64,000 nt of DNA from Candidatus Gygaella obscura. Lineage in GTDB: Bacteria > Omnitrophota > Gorgyraeia > Gygaellales > Gygaellaceae. Numbering within the stretch: the stretch's first letter is position 1; each line of letters begins with the position of its first letter. The position numbers were made by a program, and so were the translations under genes. The stretch lies in assembly GCA_030765485.1 (NCBI GenBank), contig JAVCCR010000031.1:17359-81358 (forward strand), given 5' to 3'. Positions 29,670 to 39,003 of the stretch are shown here, in pieces. The notes under the pieces were generated by a model. It had not been told where the DNA came from. It did no database searches and saw nothing but the letters and a program-made list of their open reading frames with translations.

Positions 29670-31177
29670 TGAATAATAAGGTTTATATTTTTGATACTAC
29701 CTTGCGTGATGGTGAGCAGGCTCCAGGAGCTAGCCTAAATGAGCAGGAAAAACTGGAGATTGCTTTCCAGCTGGAGAGATTAGGTGTAGATATTATTGAG
29801 GCGGGTTTTCCGATTTCGTCAAAAGGCGATTTTAATTCCGTTAAGCTTGTCGCATCAAGCCTTAAGAAAACAAAAATCTGCGCTTTAGCCAGGGCAACCA
29901 AGAAGGATATTGATGCTGCAGCGTTGGCTTTAAAACCTGCTGTTTCCGCGCGTCTGCATGTGTTCTTGGCAACTTCCAAGATACATATGAAGTATAAGCT
30001 AAAAAAAGCAGAAGAGGAAATTTTGCGTCTGGCTGTAGAGTCAGTAAAATATGCTAAGAAAAAATTCAGTGATGTAGAGTTTTCACCTGAAGACGCCTCT
30101 AGGACCGATAAAAGCTTTCTGTATAAAGTGGTAGAGGCAGTTATTGACGCAGGGGCAACTACAGTTAATATCCCTGATACCGTAGGTTATGTTGAACCAG
30201 AAGAATTCGGCACGCTTATTCATGATATATTCAACAATGTTTTTAATATCCATAAGGCCATTGTTAGCGTTCATTGTCATAATGATTTAGGTCTTGCTGT
30301 TGGCAATTCATTAAGTGCTGTAAAAAACGGGGCAAGGCAGGTGGAGTGTACTATTAATGGTATTGGAGAGCGTGCTGGTAACGCTGCCATGGAAGAAATC
30401 GTTATAGCCATAAAAACCAGACAAGATATTTTTAAACAGTTAAAGACTAATATTGACACTAAAAGTATAACAAAGGTGTCAAGGATTGTTAGTAAACTTA
30501 CCGGTTTTCCCGTTGCTCCCAATAAGGCAATAGTAGGCGCTAATGCCTTTAGGCATGAATCAGGGATACATCAGGATGGTGTGTTAAAGGAACGTTCTAC
30601 CTATGAGATTATAAGACCAGAGGATGTAGGCTTTAAGGAAGAAAGTCTTGTTTTGGGTAAACATTCAGGAAGACATGCCTTTAAAGAGCGTTTAAAATCA
30701 TTGGCAATAAAGTTGAGCGATAAAGATCTTGAGCGTGCTTTCAGTATGTTTAAGCATCTGGCAGATAAGAAAAAAACTGTTTACGATGATGATCTTATTG
30801 CTATTGTTAATGAACAGATTAGACATATTCAAGACAGATGGCAGCTTGTATCTTTTAAAATAACCAGTGGTACTGGCTTAACTCCTCAAGCCGAAGTAAG
30901 ATTAAAATATAAAAATAAAGAGATGTCTAAGATATCTTCTGGCGACGGTCCTGTTGATGCCTGCTGCAAGGCAATTGACAAGATTACCGGTAAGAAATCA
31001 AAATTACTAGAGTATAAACTCGGGGCAGTAACCTCGGGTAAGGATGCTTTGGGTGAAGTAAATGTGCGGGTTAGAGTCAATAAAGATATAATAATAGGTC
31101 GAGGTACAAGTACAGATGTTATTGAAGCTTCAATTAAAGCATATCTAAACGCAATTAATAAATCTTTCCGTGCCTAA
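29669..31177 (+). CDS. leuA: 2-isopropylmalate synthase
   Basis: FDTTLRDGEQ, IEAGFP, HCHNDLG, GIGERAGNA, HESGIHQDG, regulatory domain GDGPVDA. Confidence 0.96.
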   Translation: MNNKVYIFDTTLRDGEQAPGASLNEQEKLEIAFQLERLGVDIIEAGFPISSKGDFNSVKLVASSLKKTKICALARATKKDIDAAALALKPAVSARLHVFLATSKIHMKYKLKKAEEEILRLAVESVKYAKKKFSDVEFSPEDASRTDKSFLYKVVEAVIDAGATTVNIPDTVGYVEPEEFGTLIHDIFNNVFNIHKAIVSVHCHNDLGLAVGNSLSAVKNGARQVECTINGIGERAGNAAMEEIVIAIKTRQDIFKQLKTNIDTKSITKVSRIVSKLTGFPVAPNKAIVGANAFRHESGIHQDGVLKERSTYEIIRPEDVGFKEESLVLGKHSGRHAFKERLKSLAIKLSDKDLERAFSMFKHLADKKKTVYDDDLIAIVNEQIRHIQDRWQLVSFKITSGTGLTPQAEVRLKYKNKEMSKISSGDGPVDACCKAIDKITGKKSKLLEYKLGAVTSGKDALGEVNVRVRVNKDIIIGRGTSTDVIEASIKAYLNAINKSFRA

Positions 31178-31617
31178 TGGGCAATAGATACTTTGCTAAA
31201 ATATTAATTTCTAGTTTAATAATTTTGATTGTTGTTATTTTTTTAAACCAAGCCTCCATCAGAAACGCTTTTCAGAACTCATCCTCTTTTTTGGAAACAG
31301 CTAAAGATAATTTTTCTTCTCAGTTTGATAAAAAAAGATCAGCACCTATTACTTTGATTGAGAAAGAAGAAAATCTTAAAATATTTATGGGTGCTTTGGT
31401 GCATAATTTTACCCAAGAGGACTGGGATAATTTCTGGGTCATTATCTACGGAATGCAGGAAAGAGAGTCGGACAACCCATTTTTACCAAAACAATTGTAT
31501 CAATATAGCATACAAGAAGCCCAGGATGAATTAAGGCGTATGTTTCCTAATAGTTTTGGTAAATTAGGTTCGCAGCATTGGTCATATGTCTGGAAAGAGA
31601 TAATAAAAATCAACTAG
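31177..31617 (+). CDS. Hypothetical protein with N-terminal membrane anchor
   Basis: TAATG coupling to leuA, hydrophobic N-terminus. Confidence 0.65.
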   Translation: MGNRYFAKILISSLIILIVVIFLNQASIRNAFQNSSSFLETAKDNFSSQFDKKRSAPITLIEKEENLKIFMGALVHNFTQEDWDNFWVIIYGMQERESDNPFLPKQLYQYSIQEAQDELRRMFPNSFGKLGSQHWSYVWKEIIKIN

Positions 31618-31618
31618 T

Positions 31619-32581
31619 ATGAATGATAAAAAAAGAATTTTTGGTCTTATAGGTTATCCTGTAGATCATAGTCTTTCGCCAGTTATGCATAATGCAGGTT
31701 TTAGAGCGCTTGGTATAAATGCAGAATATAGATTGTTTGAGGTGTCTGAGGAGAGGTTGAAAGATTTTCTTATTGGCGAAGGAGTGTTTTCTGATATCGA
31801 GGGTAATGAATTTAATGCCCAAGATATAGAAGGTTTTAACATAACTATTCCATATAAGGTAAGAGCAAAAGAGATTCTTGAGAAACTTGTTGATACAAAA
31901 AAGATGCTTAAAACAATTCCACAGGAAATAAATGCAAACAAATACGGAGCAGTAAATACAGTCAGAAGAAAAGACGGCAATATCGAATATTGTAATACCG
32001 ACGGAAAAGGCTTTTGGATGTCTTTATGGAATGATTTAGAATTCGATAGTAGAAATAAAACTGTTATTGTCTTTGGCTGTGGAGGAGCAGGCCGAACGAT
32101 AGGATCAGCTTTGAGCATGTATAAAAATAACCATGTTAATAAGTTATATATGTATGACTTAAATCCCACAGCAGTTGATATGGTAAAGAGCCATTTTGAT
32201 TATTTAGCTAATTATGAAAATGATGACAAAGATATAATAAAAAGGATAGAGTTTGTTGATAAAAAAGATATTCCTTCAGTTTTAAATGGCTGTGATTTAT
32301 TAGTTAATGCTTCCAGTCTTGGCATGAAAGAGAATGACTCCTCGGTAGTTGATAAGCAATTTCTGCATAAGGGCTTATCTGTTTATGATATAATATATCA
32401 TCGAAAGACTCAGCTTCTAAAGGATGCTGAAAGTGTTGGTTGTAAGTGGGTTGATGGCAGAGGTATGCTTTTATATCAGGGTATAGTTGCTTTTATTTGG
32501 TGGTTAGGCCCGAAAGATAATACACATGCTGAGCCTATGAAGCAGGCTTTATACGATGTATTGGATAAAGGAAATAAATAA
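31619..32581 (+). CDS. aroE: Shikimate dehydrogenase
   Basis: HSLSPVMH, NITIPYK, GAVNT, NTDG, GCGGAG, GRGMLLYQG. Confidence 0.92.
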   Translation: MNDKKRIFGLIGYPVDHSLSPVMHNAGFRALGINAEYRLFEVSEERLKDFLIGEGVFSDIEGNEFNAQDIEGFNITIPYKVRAKEILEKLVDTKKMLKTIPQEINANKYGAVNTVRRKDGNIEYCNTDGKGFWMSLWNDLEFDSRNKTVIVFGCGGAGRTIGSALSMYKNNHVNKLYMYDLNPTAVDMVKSHFDYLANYENDDKDIIKRIEFVDKKDIPSVLNGCDLLVNASSLGMKENDSSVVDKQFLHKGLSVYDIIYHRKTQLLKDAESVGCKWVDGRGMLLYQGIVAFIWWLGPKDNTHAEPMKQALYDVLDKGNK

Positions 32582-33397
32582 ATGTTTAATACAATTATTA
32601 TGTTTTTATTTGGGTTAATTGTGGGAAGTTTTTTGAATGTTTGTATTTTCCGCATGCCCAGGGGGATTTCAGTGGTAAAGCCCAGATCATTTTGCCCGAA
32701 TTGTAAGAAGATGATCCGCTGGTATGAGAATATTCCTTTGTTAAGTTATATCGCACTGCGCGGTGAATGCCCTAATTGTAAAGCTAGAATTAGTTTCCGT
32801 TATTTTTTTGTTGAGCTGATTACTGGAATTGGGTTTTTAGCACTTTATTTTGAATTTTCTTTAACCTTGGAGTTTTTTGCAATCCTAGTATTGATGTCCG
32901 GTCTTATAATTGCTACTTTTGTAGATATAGATTTTCGTGAGATACCGGATGAGGTTACTATGGGCGGAATGGTAGTGGGGCTTTTATTCGGGCTGATAAA
33001 AAGTTTTACAACCGGTTTTAGTTTAAGTTGGAATCTTCCAATTGTAAAGTCGCTTGTGGGTTTACTTGTTGGTGGAGGGGTTCTTTATCTTACTGGACTT
33101 TTTGGTAACTTTTTATTTTTTAAGCTCATGAAAAGAGATAATATTGACGGAGAGACGGAAAGCATGGGTGGGGGAGATATAAAACTTCTGGCTATGATCG
33201 GCAGTTTCCTAGGTTGGGAAATGGCATTATTGGTATTTTTTATTGCTCCCTTTATAGGTTCTTTTGCAGGAATCTATGAATTAGTAAAGAAAAAAAAACA
33301 TACGATTCCTTATGGTCCGTCTATTGCCTTAGCGAGCGTGATTTCAATTTTCTGGGTAGATAGAATCGTATTTTGGCTTTTTGGCATTAGAATGTAA
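32582..33397 (+). CDS. pilD: Prepilin peptidase / N-methyltransferase (A24)
   Basis: GSFLNVCIFRMP, two CxxC motifs, D...IPD, MGGGDIKL, IPYGP. Confidence 0.93.
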   Translation: MFNTIIMFLFGLIVGSFLNVCIFRMPRGISVVKPRSFCPNCKKMIRWYENIPLLSYIALRGECPNCKARISFRYFFVELITGIGFLALYFEFSLTLEFFAILVLMSGLIIATFVDIDFREIPDEVTMGGMVVGLLFGLIKSFTTGFSLSWNLPIVKSLVGLLVGGGVLYLTGLFGNFLFFKLMKRDNIDGETESMGGGDIKLLAMIGSFLGWEMALLVFFIAPFIGSFAGIYELVKKKKHTIPYGPSIALASVISIFWVDRIVFWLFGIRM

Positions 33398-33417
33398 TTT
33401 TATTTAAGGAGGATGAA

Positions 33418-34458
33418 ATGTTAAGGTATCTGACCGCTGGCGAGTCTCATGGGAAATGTCTTGTGGGGATTTTAGAAGGTATGCCTTCGGGTGTAAAAAT
33501 AGATGAGAAAAAGATAAACAGCGAACTTGAACGCAGGCAGTCTGGTTATGGCAGGGGCCCGCGCATGAAGATAGAGTTTGATAAAATAGAAGTTTTATCC
33601 GGCGTAAGAAGATTAGCTACAATCGGGTCTCCCATAGCAATGATGATAAAAAATAAGGATCACTCCATTGATATGTTGGAGGGTTTTTCTAATCCTCGCC
33701 CAGGGCATGCGGATTTACCAGGTGCATTAAAGTATGGTTTTAGCGATATGCGTAATGTCCTAGAACGTGCATCAGCAAGAAAAACCGCAATTGATGTTGC
33801 TATTGGTGCAATTTGTAAACAATTAATCAGTAATTTTAAAATATCTTTATCCAGTAGGCTCGTAAGCGCAGGCGGACAAAATTCTATTTCCAAAATTCAT
33901 AAGGCGATCGACATTGCAAAAAAGAACAAAGATACCCTTGGGGGAGTGTTTGAGGTATCTGCTAAGGGAGTTCCTGTAGGTTTAGGTAGTTATGTGCATG
34001 CAGACAGGCGCCTTAATGCAGCAATTGCAGCATCTTTAATGGGCATACCGGGAATAAAGAGTGTTGAGTTTGGTTTGGGAATTGTTTTTGCTGAAAAGTT
34101 AGGTTCTGAAGTTCATGATGTTATAACATATGCAAAAAACAAAGGTTTTTACAGGAAAACTAATAATGCCGGAGGTATTGAAGGTGGAATGTCCAATGGA
34201 GAAGATATAATCGTACGTTGCGCGATGAAACCCATAACTACTTTATCTAACCCATTAGATAGCATAGATTTAAGGACAAAGAAAAAGACTAAAGCAACAG
34301 TGCAGCGTGCTGATATATGTGCGATTGAAGCTGCAGGAGTAATTGCCGAAGGTCTTCTTGCTTTTGAATTAGCAAAGGTTTTTATGGAAAAGTTTGGCAG
34401 CGATTCTTTGGTTGAGATAAAGAACAATTTTCAAAGCTATATAAAGAAAATCCGATAA
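33418..34458 (+). CDS. aroC: Chorismate synthase
   Basis: TAGESHG, PRPGHAD, ERASAR, NNAGGIEGGMSNG, MKPI. Confidence 0.96.
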   Translation: MLRYLTAGESHGKCLVGILEGMPSGVKIDEKKINSELERRQSGYGRGPRMKIEFDKIEVLSGVRRLATIGSPIAMMIKNKDHSIDMLEGFSNPRPGHADLPGALKYGFSDMRNVLERASARKTAIDVAIGAICKQLISNFKISLSSRLVSAGGQNSISKIHKAIDIAKKNKDTLGGVFEVSAKGVPVGLGSYVHADRRLNAAIAASLMGIPGIKSVEFGLGIVFAEKLGSEVHDVITYAKNKGFYRKTNNAGGIEGGMSNGEDIIVRCAMKPITTLSNPLDSIDLRTKKKTKATVQRADICAIEAAGVIAEGLLAFELAKVFMEKFGSDSLVEIKNNFQSYIKKIR

Positions 34459-34482
34459 TTTTTGGCCAGGTTCGACAAATAG

Positions 34483-34513
34483 GCCCCACTATTTTAGTGG
34501 GGCAGTTTTTTTT
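34483..34513 (+). terminator. Rho-independent terminator after aroC
   Basis: GCCCCACTA-TTT-TAGTGGGGC 9-bp stem, then AG and an 8-T tract. Confidence 0.75.
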
Positions 34514-34540
34514 GACATAGGTTTGTAACTATGTTAAAAT
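34512..34540 (+). promoter_or_regulatory. sigma70-type promoter for aroK-dprA-topA-xerC
   Basis: TTGACA (34512-34517), 17 nt, TAAAAT (34535-34540) with extended -10 TGT. Confidence 0.75.
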
Positions 34541-34549
34541 CATAGCATT

Positions 34550-35059
34550 ATGAAAAATATCTATTTAGTAGGTTTTATGGGGACAGGTAAAACCGCAGTT
34601 GGCCGTATTACAGCCAGACTTTTGTCCAGAGATTTTGTGGATTTGGATATTTCAATAGAGACTTTAGAGTCAAGTAGCATTAATGATATTTTTCGCAAAA
34701 AAGGCGAAGTGTTTTTTAGAGATTTAGAAACCAAGTATCTTAATGACGTTTCTCAAAAAAATAATCTTATTGTTGCCTGCGGAGGCGGGATTGTTATAAA
34801 AAAAGATAATATCGATATTATGAAAAATACCGGTTTAGTTATTTGTTTAAAAGCTGATGCTTCTGTTATTTTTGAAAGAGTTAAATTAAATAAAAATCGT
34901 CCTCTTCTAAACGTAGAAGAGCCGTTAAAAAGGATAAATGAGCTTCTTGAAAAAAGAAGATTCTTCTATGGGCTTTCAGATTTCCAGCTAGATACGTCTA
35001 GCCTTAGCGAAGAACAAGCAGCAGGTATGATAGTTGAAATTGTAAAGAATAATGAATGA
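34550..35059 (+). CDS. aroK: Shikimate kinase
   Basis: GFMGTGKT, DLD, GEVFFRDLE, CGGG, RPLL. Confidence 0.95.
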   Translation: MKNIYLVGFMGTGKTAVGRITARLLSRDFVDLDISIETLESSSINDIFRKKGEVFFRDLETKYLNDVSQKNNLIVACGGGIVIKKDNIDIMKNTGLVICLKADASVIFERVKLNKNRPLLNVEEPLKRINELLEKRRFFYGLSDFQLDTSSLSEEQAAGMIVEIVKNNE

Positions 35060-36179
35060 TAAAGAAGCTTTTATATTATTGAACATGGTTTCTGGTTTGG
35101 GGATTAAGAGACTTAATCTTTTATTGGAAACTTTTGGTTCAGCTGTTGCTATTTTAACATCAAAACTTGAAGATCTGCAAAAGCTTCCTTCAATCGGTTT
35201 TAATATCGCCTTAGGTATAAGGAAAGTAAATGACACTCAATTGCTTGAGCAGGAATTTAAACTGATTAGGGATAATTCGGTTGTTGTGCATAATTTTTTT
35301 GATGATGAGTATCCCTTTTCTTTAAAACAGATTTATGACCCTCCGATATTGATTTACAGAAAAGGAAAAATTGGCACCTGCAATAATGTAGGTGTTGGTA
35401 TAGTTGGTTCTAGGAAAGCTTCAAGTTATGGTTTAAAGATGGCTAGGGATTTTTCCTCTAAATTGGCAGAGGCTAAGATAGTTGTTGTTTCTGGCTTGGC
35501 TCGGGGTATTGATACTGCATCTCATAAGGCTGTTTTAGAGTCAAGAGGAGCTACGGTTGCGGTTTTAGGAAGCGGTTTGGCAAATATATATCCTGTGGAA
35601 AATAAGGCTTTGGCTGAACAGATAACAAAGACTGGTGAATTGATTTCTGAATTTCCTATGAAGGAAATTCCCAAGGCGAATAATTTTCCTAGAAGAAACC
35701 GTATTATCAGCGCTTTGTCTAGAGTTGTTTTGGTAGTTGAGGCAGCGCAAAAAAGCGGTGCCTTAATTACTGCAGATTTTGCCCTTGAGCAGGGAAAAGA
35801 TGTCTATGCTGTTCCTGGGGATTTGGATAATCCTAATTCTGCAGGGACTAATAATCTTATTAAGCAAGGTGCTGGGTTGATAGAAAGCGCAGAAGAATTA
35901 TTAAAAGAATTAAGTCTTGATATAAAAAAGGATCTGGATAGAAAAATAGATAAAAACAAAAAAGGATTATTTACCAGTATGTCTTTAAGTGAAGAACAGC
36001 TTAGGGTGATTAGTATTCTATCGGATGATCCTGTTGATATGGAAAATATTGTTCAAGCGGTTAAAATAAACCCAGACAAGCTGATGGATACACTTATACA
36101 GCTGGAAATGAATAATCTTATTAAGCAGCTTCCGGGTAAACGTTTTGTATTAAAAAAGGAGTCTTTTTTATATGAGTAA
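35052..36179 (+). CDS. dprA: DNA-processing protein DprA
   Basis: IVGSRKAS, SGLARGIDT, NFPRRNRIIS, SGALITA, GTNNLIKQGA, C-terminal winged helix. Confidence 0.96.
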   Translation: MNDKEAFILLNMVSGLGIKRLNLLLETFGSAVAILTSKLEDLQKLPSIGFNIALGIRKVNDTQLLEQEFKLIRDNSVVVHNFFDDEYPFSLKQIYDPPILIYRKGKIGTCNNVGVGIVGSRKASSYGLKMARDFSSKLAEAKIVVVSGLARGIDTASHKAVLESRGATVAVLGSGLANIYPVENKALAEQITKTGELISEFPMKEIPKANNFPRRNRIISALSRVVLVVEAAQKSGALITADFALEQGKDVYAVPGDLDNPNSAGTNNLIKQGAGLIESAEELLKELSLDIKKDLDRKIDKNKKGLFTSMSLSEEQLRVISILSDDPVDMENIVQAVKINPDKLMDTLIQLEMNNLIKQLPGKRFVLKKESFLYE

Positions 36180-38136
36180 AACACTGGTTATCGTTGAGTC
36201 TCCCACAAAAGCAAAGACAATCCAAGGCATTTTAGGAAAAGATGTAAAAACAATACCTAGCATGGGTCACATTATTGATCTTCCTCAGAAACAGATCGGT
36301 ATAGAAGTTGAGGATAATTTCAAGCCGACTTATACTGTTTTAAAAGGAAGAGCTAAGGTCCTGCAGCAGATAAAAAAAGCTGCCAAGGATGCGGATAAAA
36401 TTTATCTTGCCACTGACCCTGATAGAGAGGGCGAAGCTATTGGTTGGCACTTAAAAGAAAAATTAAAGCTGAAAAAGAAATATTTTCGTGTTATCTTGCA
36501 TGAGATAACTAAGCCGAGTATAAAAGAGGCGTTTGCTCATCCTGAGGAGCTTGATCTAAACAAAGTTAAGGCTCAGCAGACCAGAAGAATATTGGATAGG
36601 CTCGTAGGGTATTTTTTAAGTCCTTTTCTCTGGCGTAAGGTTGCAAGGGGTTTAAGCGCTGGAAGGGTTCAGTCAGTTGCTTTACGTTTAATAGTAGAAC
36701 GGGAGCGTAAGATTACTGAATTTAAACCTAAAGAATATTGGCAGATAGAGGCACAGCTAAATAAGAAAAAAGGTAAAGGAAAGTTTATTGCGAAATTAAA
36801 CAAGATTAACGGTGCTAATTATGAATTGCAAAACGAGACGGAAACTAAAAAAGTAACCGACGATATAAAAAATAAAGATTTTAAAGTTGTAAAGGTTGTG
36901 CTTAAACAGAAAAAACGATACGCCTCAGCACCTTTTATCACAAGCACTCTTCAGCAGGAAGCTTTCAATAAGCTTAGGTTTATTGCTAAAAGGACAATGA
37001 TGGTTGCCCAACAGCTATATGAAGGGATTGAGCTTCCTAAAGACGGTTCAGTTGGTCTTATTACTTATATGAGAACAGATTCTACCAGAGTGTACCAACC
37101 TTTTATTGATCATGCCAGGAACTTTATTGCAGAAAAGTTCGGTAAGGAATATCTTCCGGAAAAGGCTAATTATTTTAAGGTTAGAAAGACTGCTCAGCAG
37201 GCGCACGAAGCTATAAGACCGACGTCATTAGAAAAGACGCCTGATTCAATAAAGGAATTTTTAACCCATGATCAGTTTAGGCTGTATCAGCTTATTTATA
37301 ATAGGTTTTTAGCTAGTCAGATGAATCCAGCCAGGTTTAATGCTACAAGTGTAGTGATAAATGTCGGTATCTATGAATTTAGCGCAAGCGGACAGATATT
37401 GTTATTTGACGGCTTTTTAAAGCTTTATAATATTGAAGATGATGAAAAACAAGATAACAACAAAAATAAATTACCTGTTTTAAGCGAAAATGAATTATTA
37501 GATCTTGAGAAATTGCTTCCGCAGCAGAGTTTTACAAAGCCGCCTGCAAGATTTTCCGAAAGCTCACTTATCAAGATTTTAGAAGAGCTGGGAGTAGGAA
37601 GACCGTCTACATACGCACCGATTATACAGACTTTGGTAATACGTAGCTATGTCCATAGACTTAGAGGATATTTTGAGGCAACGGAATTAGGTATGACAGT
37701 TAGTGATATTTTGGTTGATAATTTTCCAAAGGTAATGGATGTGAAATTTACAGCTGGGCTTGAGGAAGAGCTTGATCAAATAGAGGAAGGTAAAATTGAT
37801 TATTTGAAAGTGTTGAATGATTTTTATACTCCTTTCAAGGAAAACTTAGATTATGCAAAAAAACACGTGAAAAAAGAGGTTATTACTGCTGACGAGAATT
37901 GTCCGCAGTGTGGAAGCGTACTTGTTTATAAATGGGGTAGGCGCGGACGCTTTTTAAGCTGTTCTAAGTTTCCTACGTGTAAATTCTCTAAATCCATAAC
38001 TACCGGCGTTAAGTGTCCGTCGGAAGACTGTGATGGCGAATTAATCCAGAGGCATTCTAAAAGAGGCGTATTTTACGGATGTTCTAAGTTTCCCAAATGC
38101 AGGTATATTACAGATAAGCTTCCTCAGTCGGAGTAA
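36172..38136 (+). CDS. topA: Type I DNA topoisomerase
   Basis: IVESPTKAKTI, ATDPDREGE, SAGRVQS, ITYMRTDS, AHEAIRP, two C-terminal zinc ribbons. Confidence 0.97.
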   Translation: MSKTLVIVESPTKAKTIQGILGKDVKTIPSMGHIIDLPQKQIGIEVEDNFKPTYTVLKGRAKVLQQIKKAAKDADKIYLATDPDREGEAIGWHLKEKLKLKKKYFRVILHEITKPSIKEAFAHPEELDLNKVKAQQTRRILDRLVGYFLSPFLWRKVARGLSAGRVQSVALRLIVERERKITEFKPKEYWQIEAQLNKKKGKGKFIAKLNKINGANYELQNETETKKVTDDIKNKDFKVVKVVLKQKKRYASAPFITSTLQQEAFNKLRFIAKRTMMVAQQLYEGIELPKDGSVGLITYMRTDSTRVYQPFIDHARNFIAEKFGKEYLPEKANYFKVRKTAQQAHEAIRPTSLEKTPDSIKEFLTHDQFRLYQLIYNRFLASQMNPARFNATSVVINVGIYEFSASGQILLFDGFLKLYNIEDDEKQDNNKNKLPVLSENELLDLEKLLPQQSFTKPPARFSESSLIKILEELGVGRPSTYAPIIQTLVIRSYVHRLRGYFEATELGMTVSDILVDNFPKVMDVKFTAGLEEELDQIEEGKIDYLKVLNDFYTPFKENLDYAKKHVKKEVITADENCPQCGSVLVYKWGRRGRFLSCSKFPTCKFSKSITTGVKCPSEDCDGELIQRHSKRGVFYGCSKFPKCRYITDKLPQSE

Positions 38137-38138
38137 TT

Positions 38139-38999
38139 ATGCAGCGTTATCTTGAAAAATTCCTGAGATATCTTGAAATAGAGAAGAACTATTCTTCCCA
38201 TACCCTGCTTAATTACGGAATAGACCTTAAAGATTTTACAAAATATATTGCTGAGACGCCGCTTGAGAAGGTAAGCTATCTTATCTTGAGAAAATACCTG
38301 GCACTGCTTAAAGAAAGAGGTCTTAAAAACAGATCTATTGCCAGAAAGCTTGCTAGCATTAGGAGTTTTTATCGTTTTTTAACTAGAGAAGGCTATGTTA
38401 AGGAAAATCCTACTCTTGTATTGGCAAGCCTTAAATTGGATAAAAAGCTTCCTCTTTTTCTAACTGAAGAACAGATGAATAATTTAATTGAGGCTCCGGA
38501 TTTAAAAAGTAAGCTTGGTTTAAGGGATAAGGCAATACTGGAGTTACTTTATTCAACAGGGATGCGTATAGGTGAGATGACGGCTTTAGATATTGATGCC
38601 GTAGATTTTATATCCGGAGTAATCAAGGTTGCCGGTAAGGGCAAAAAAGAGCGGCTTGTTCCTGTTGGCGATAAGGCAATAGAAGTACTTAGACAGTATC
38701 TTGATAAACGAAAGAAGCAGTCAAAGAAGCTTTTTCTGAATAAAAACAATACCCCTTTAGGCGCAAGGGGAGTAAGGGTTATCCTTGATAAATATATTCG
38801 TTTAACAGCGATTAAAGAGAAAATATCTCCACATACATTAAGACATTCTTTCGCAACTCATTTATTAAATAGGGGGGCTGATTTAAGGAGTGTCCAGGAA
38901 TTATTAGGGCATGCAAATATTGCTACAACCCAGATTTATACACATCTGACTACTCAGCGCTTGAAAGAAGTTTATAACAAGGCGCACCCGCGGGCATAA
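38139..38999 (+). CDS. xerC: Tyrosine recombinase XerC
   Basis: YSTGMRIGE, GKGKKER, PHTLRHSFATHLL, LLGHANIATTQIY, HPRA. Canonical position after topA. Confidence 0.88.
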   Translation: MQRYLEKFLRYLEIEKNYSSHTLLNYGIDLKDFTKYIAETPLEKVSYLILRKYLALLKERGLKNRSIARKLASIRSFYRFLTREGYVKENPTLVLASLKLDKKLPLFLTEEQMNNLIEAPDLKSKLGLRDKAILELLYSTGMRIGEMTALDIDAVDFISGVIKVAGKGKKERLVPVGDKAIEVLRQYLDKRKKQSKKLFLNKNNTPLGARGVRVILDKYIRLTAIKEKISPHTLRHSFATHLLNRGADLRSVQELLGHANIATTQIYTHLTTQRLKEVYNKAHPRA

Positions 39000-39003
39000 A
39001 TTT

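Noticed and set aside
37960-38093. Repeated TGTTCTAAGTTTCC near the end of topA
   Set aside because: It encodes the CSKFP motif of the two tandem zinc ribbons.
38139-38999. Tyrosine recombinase as a mobile-element integrase
   Set aside because: Its size, HPRA C-terminus and dprA-topA context fit housekeeping XerC.
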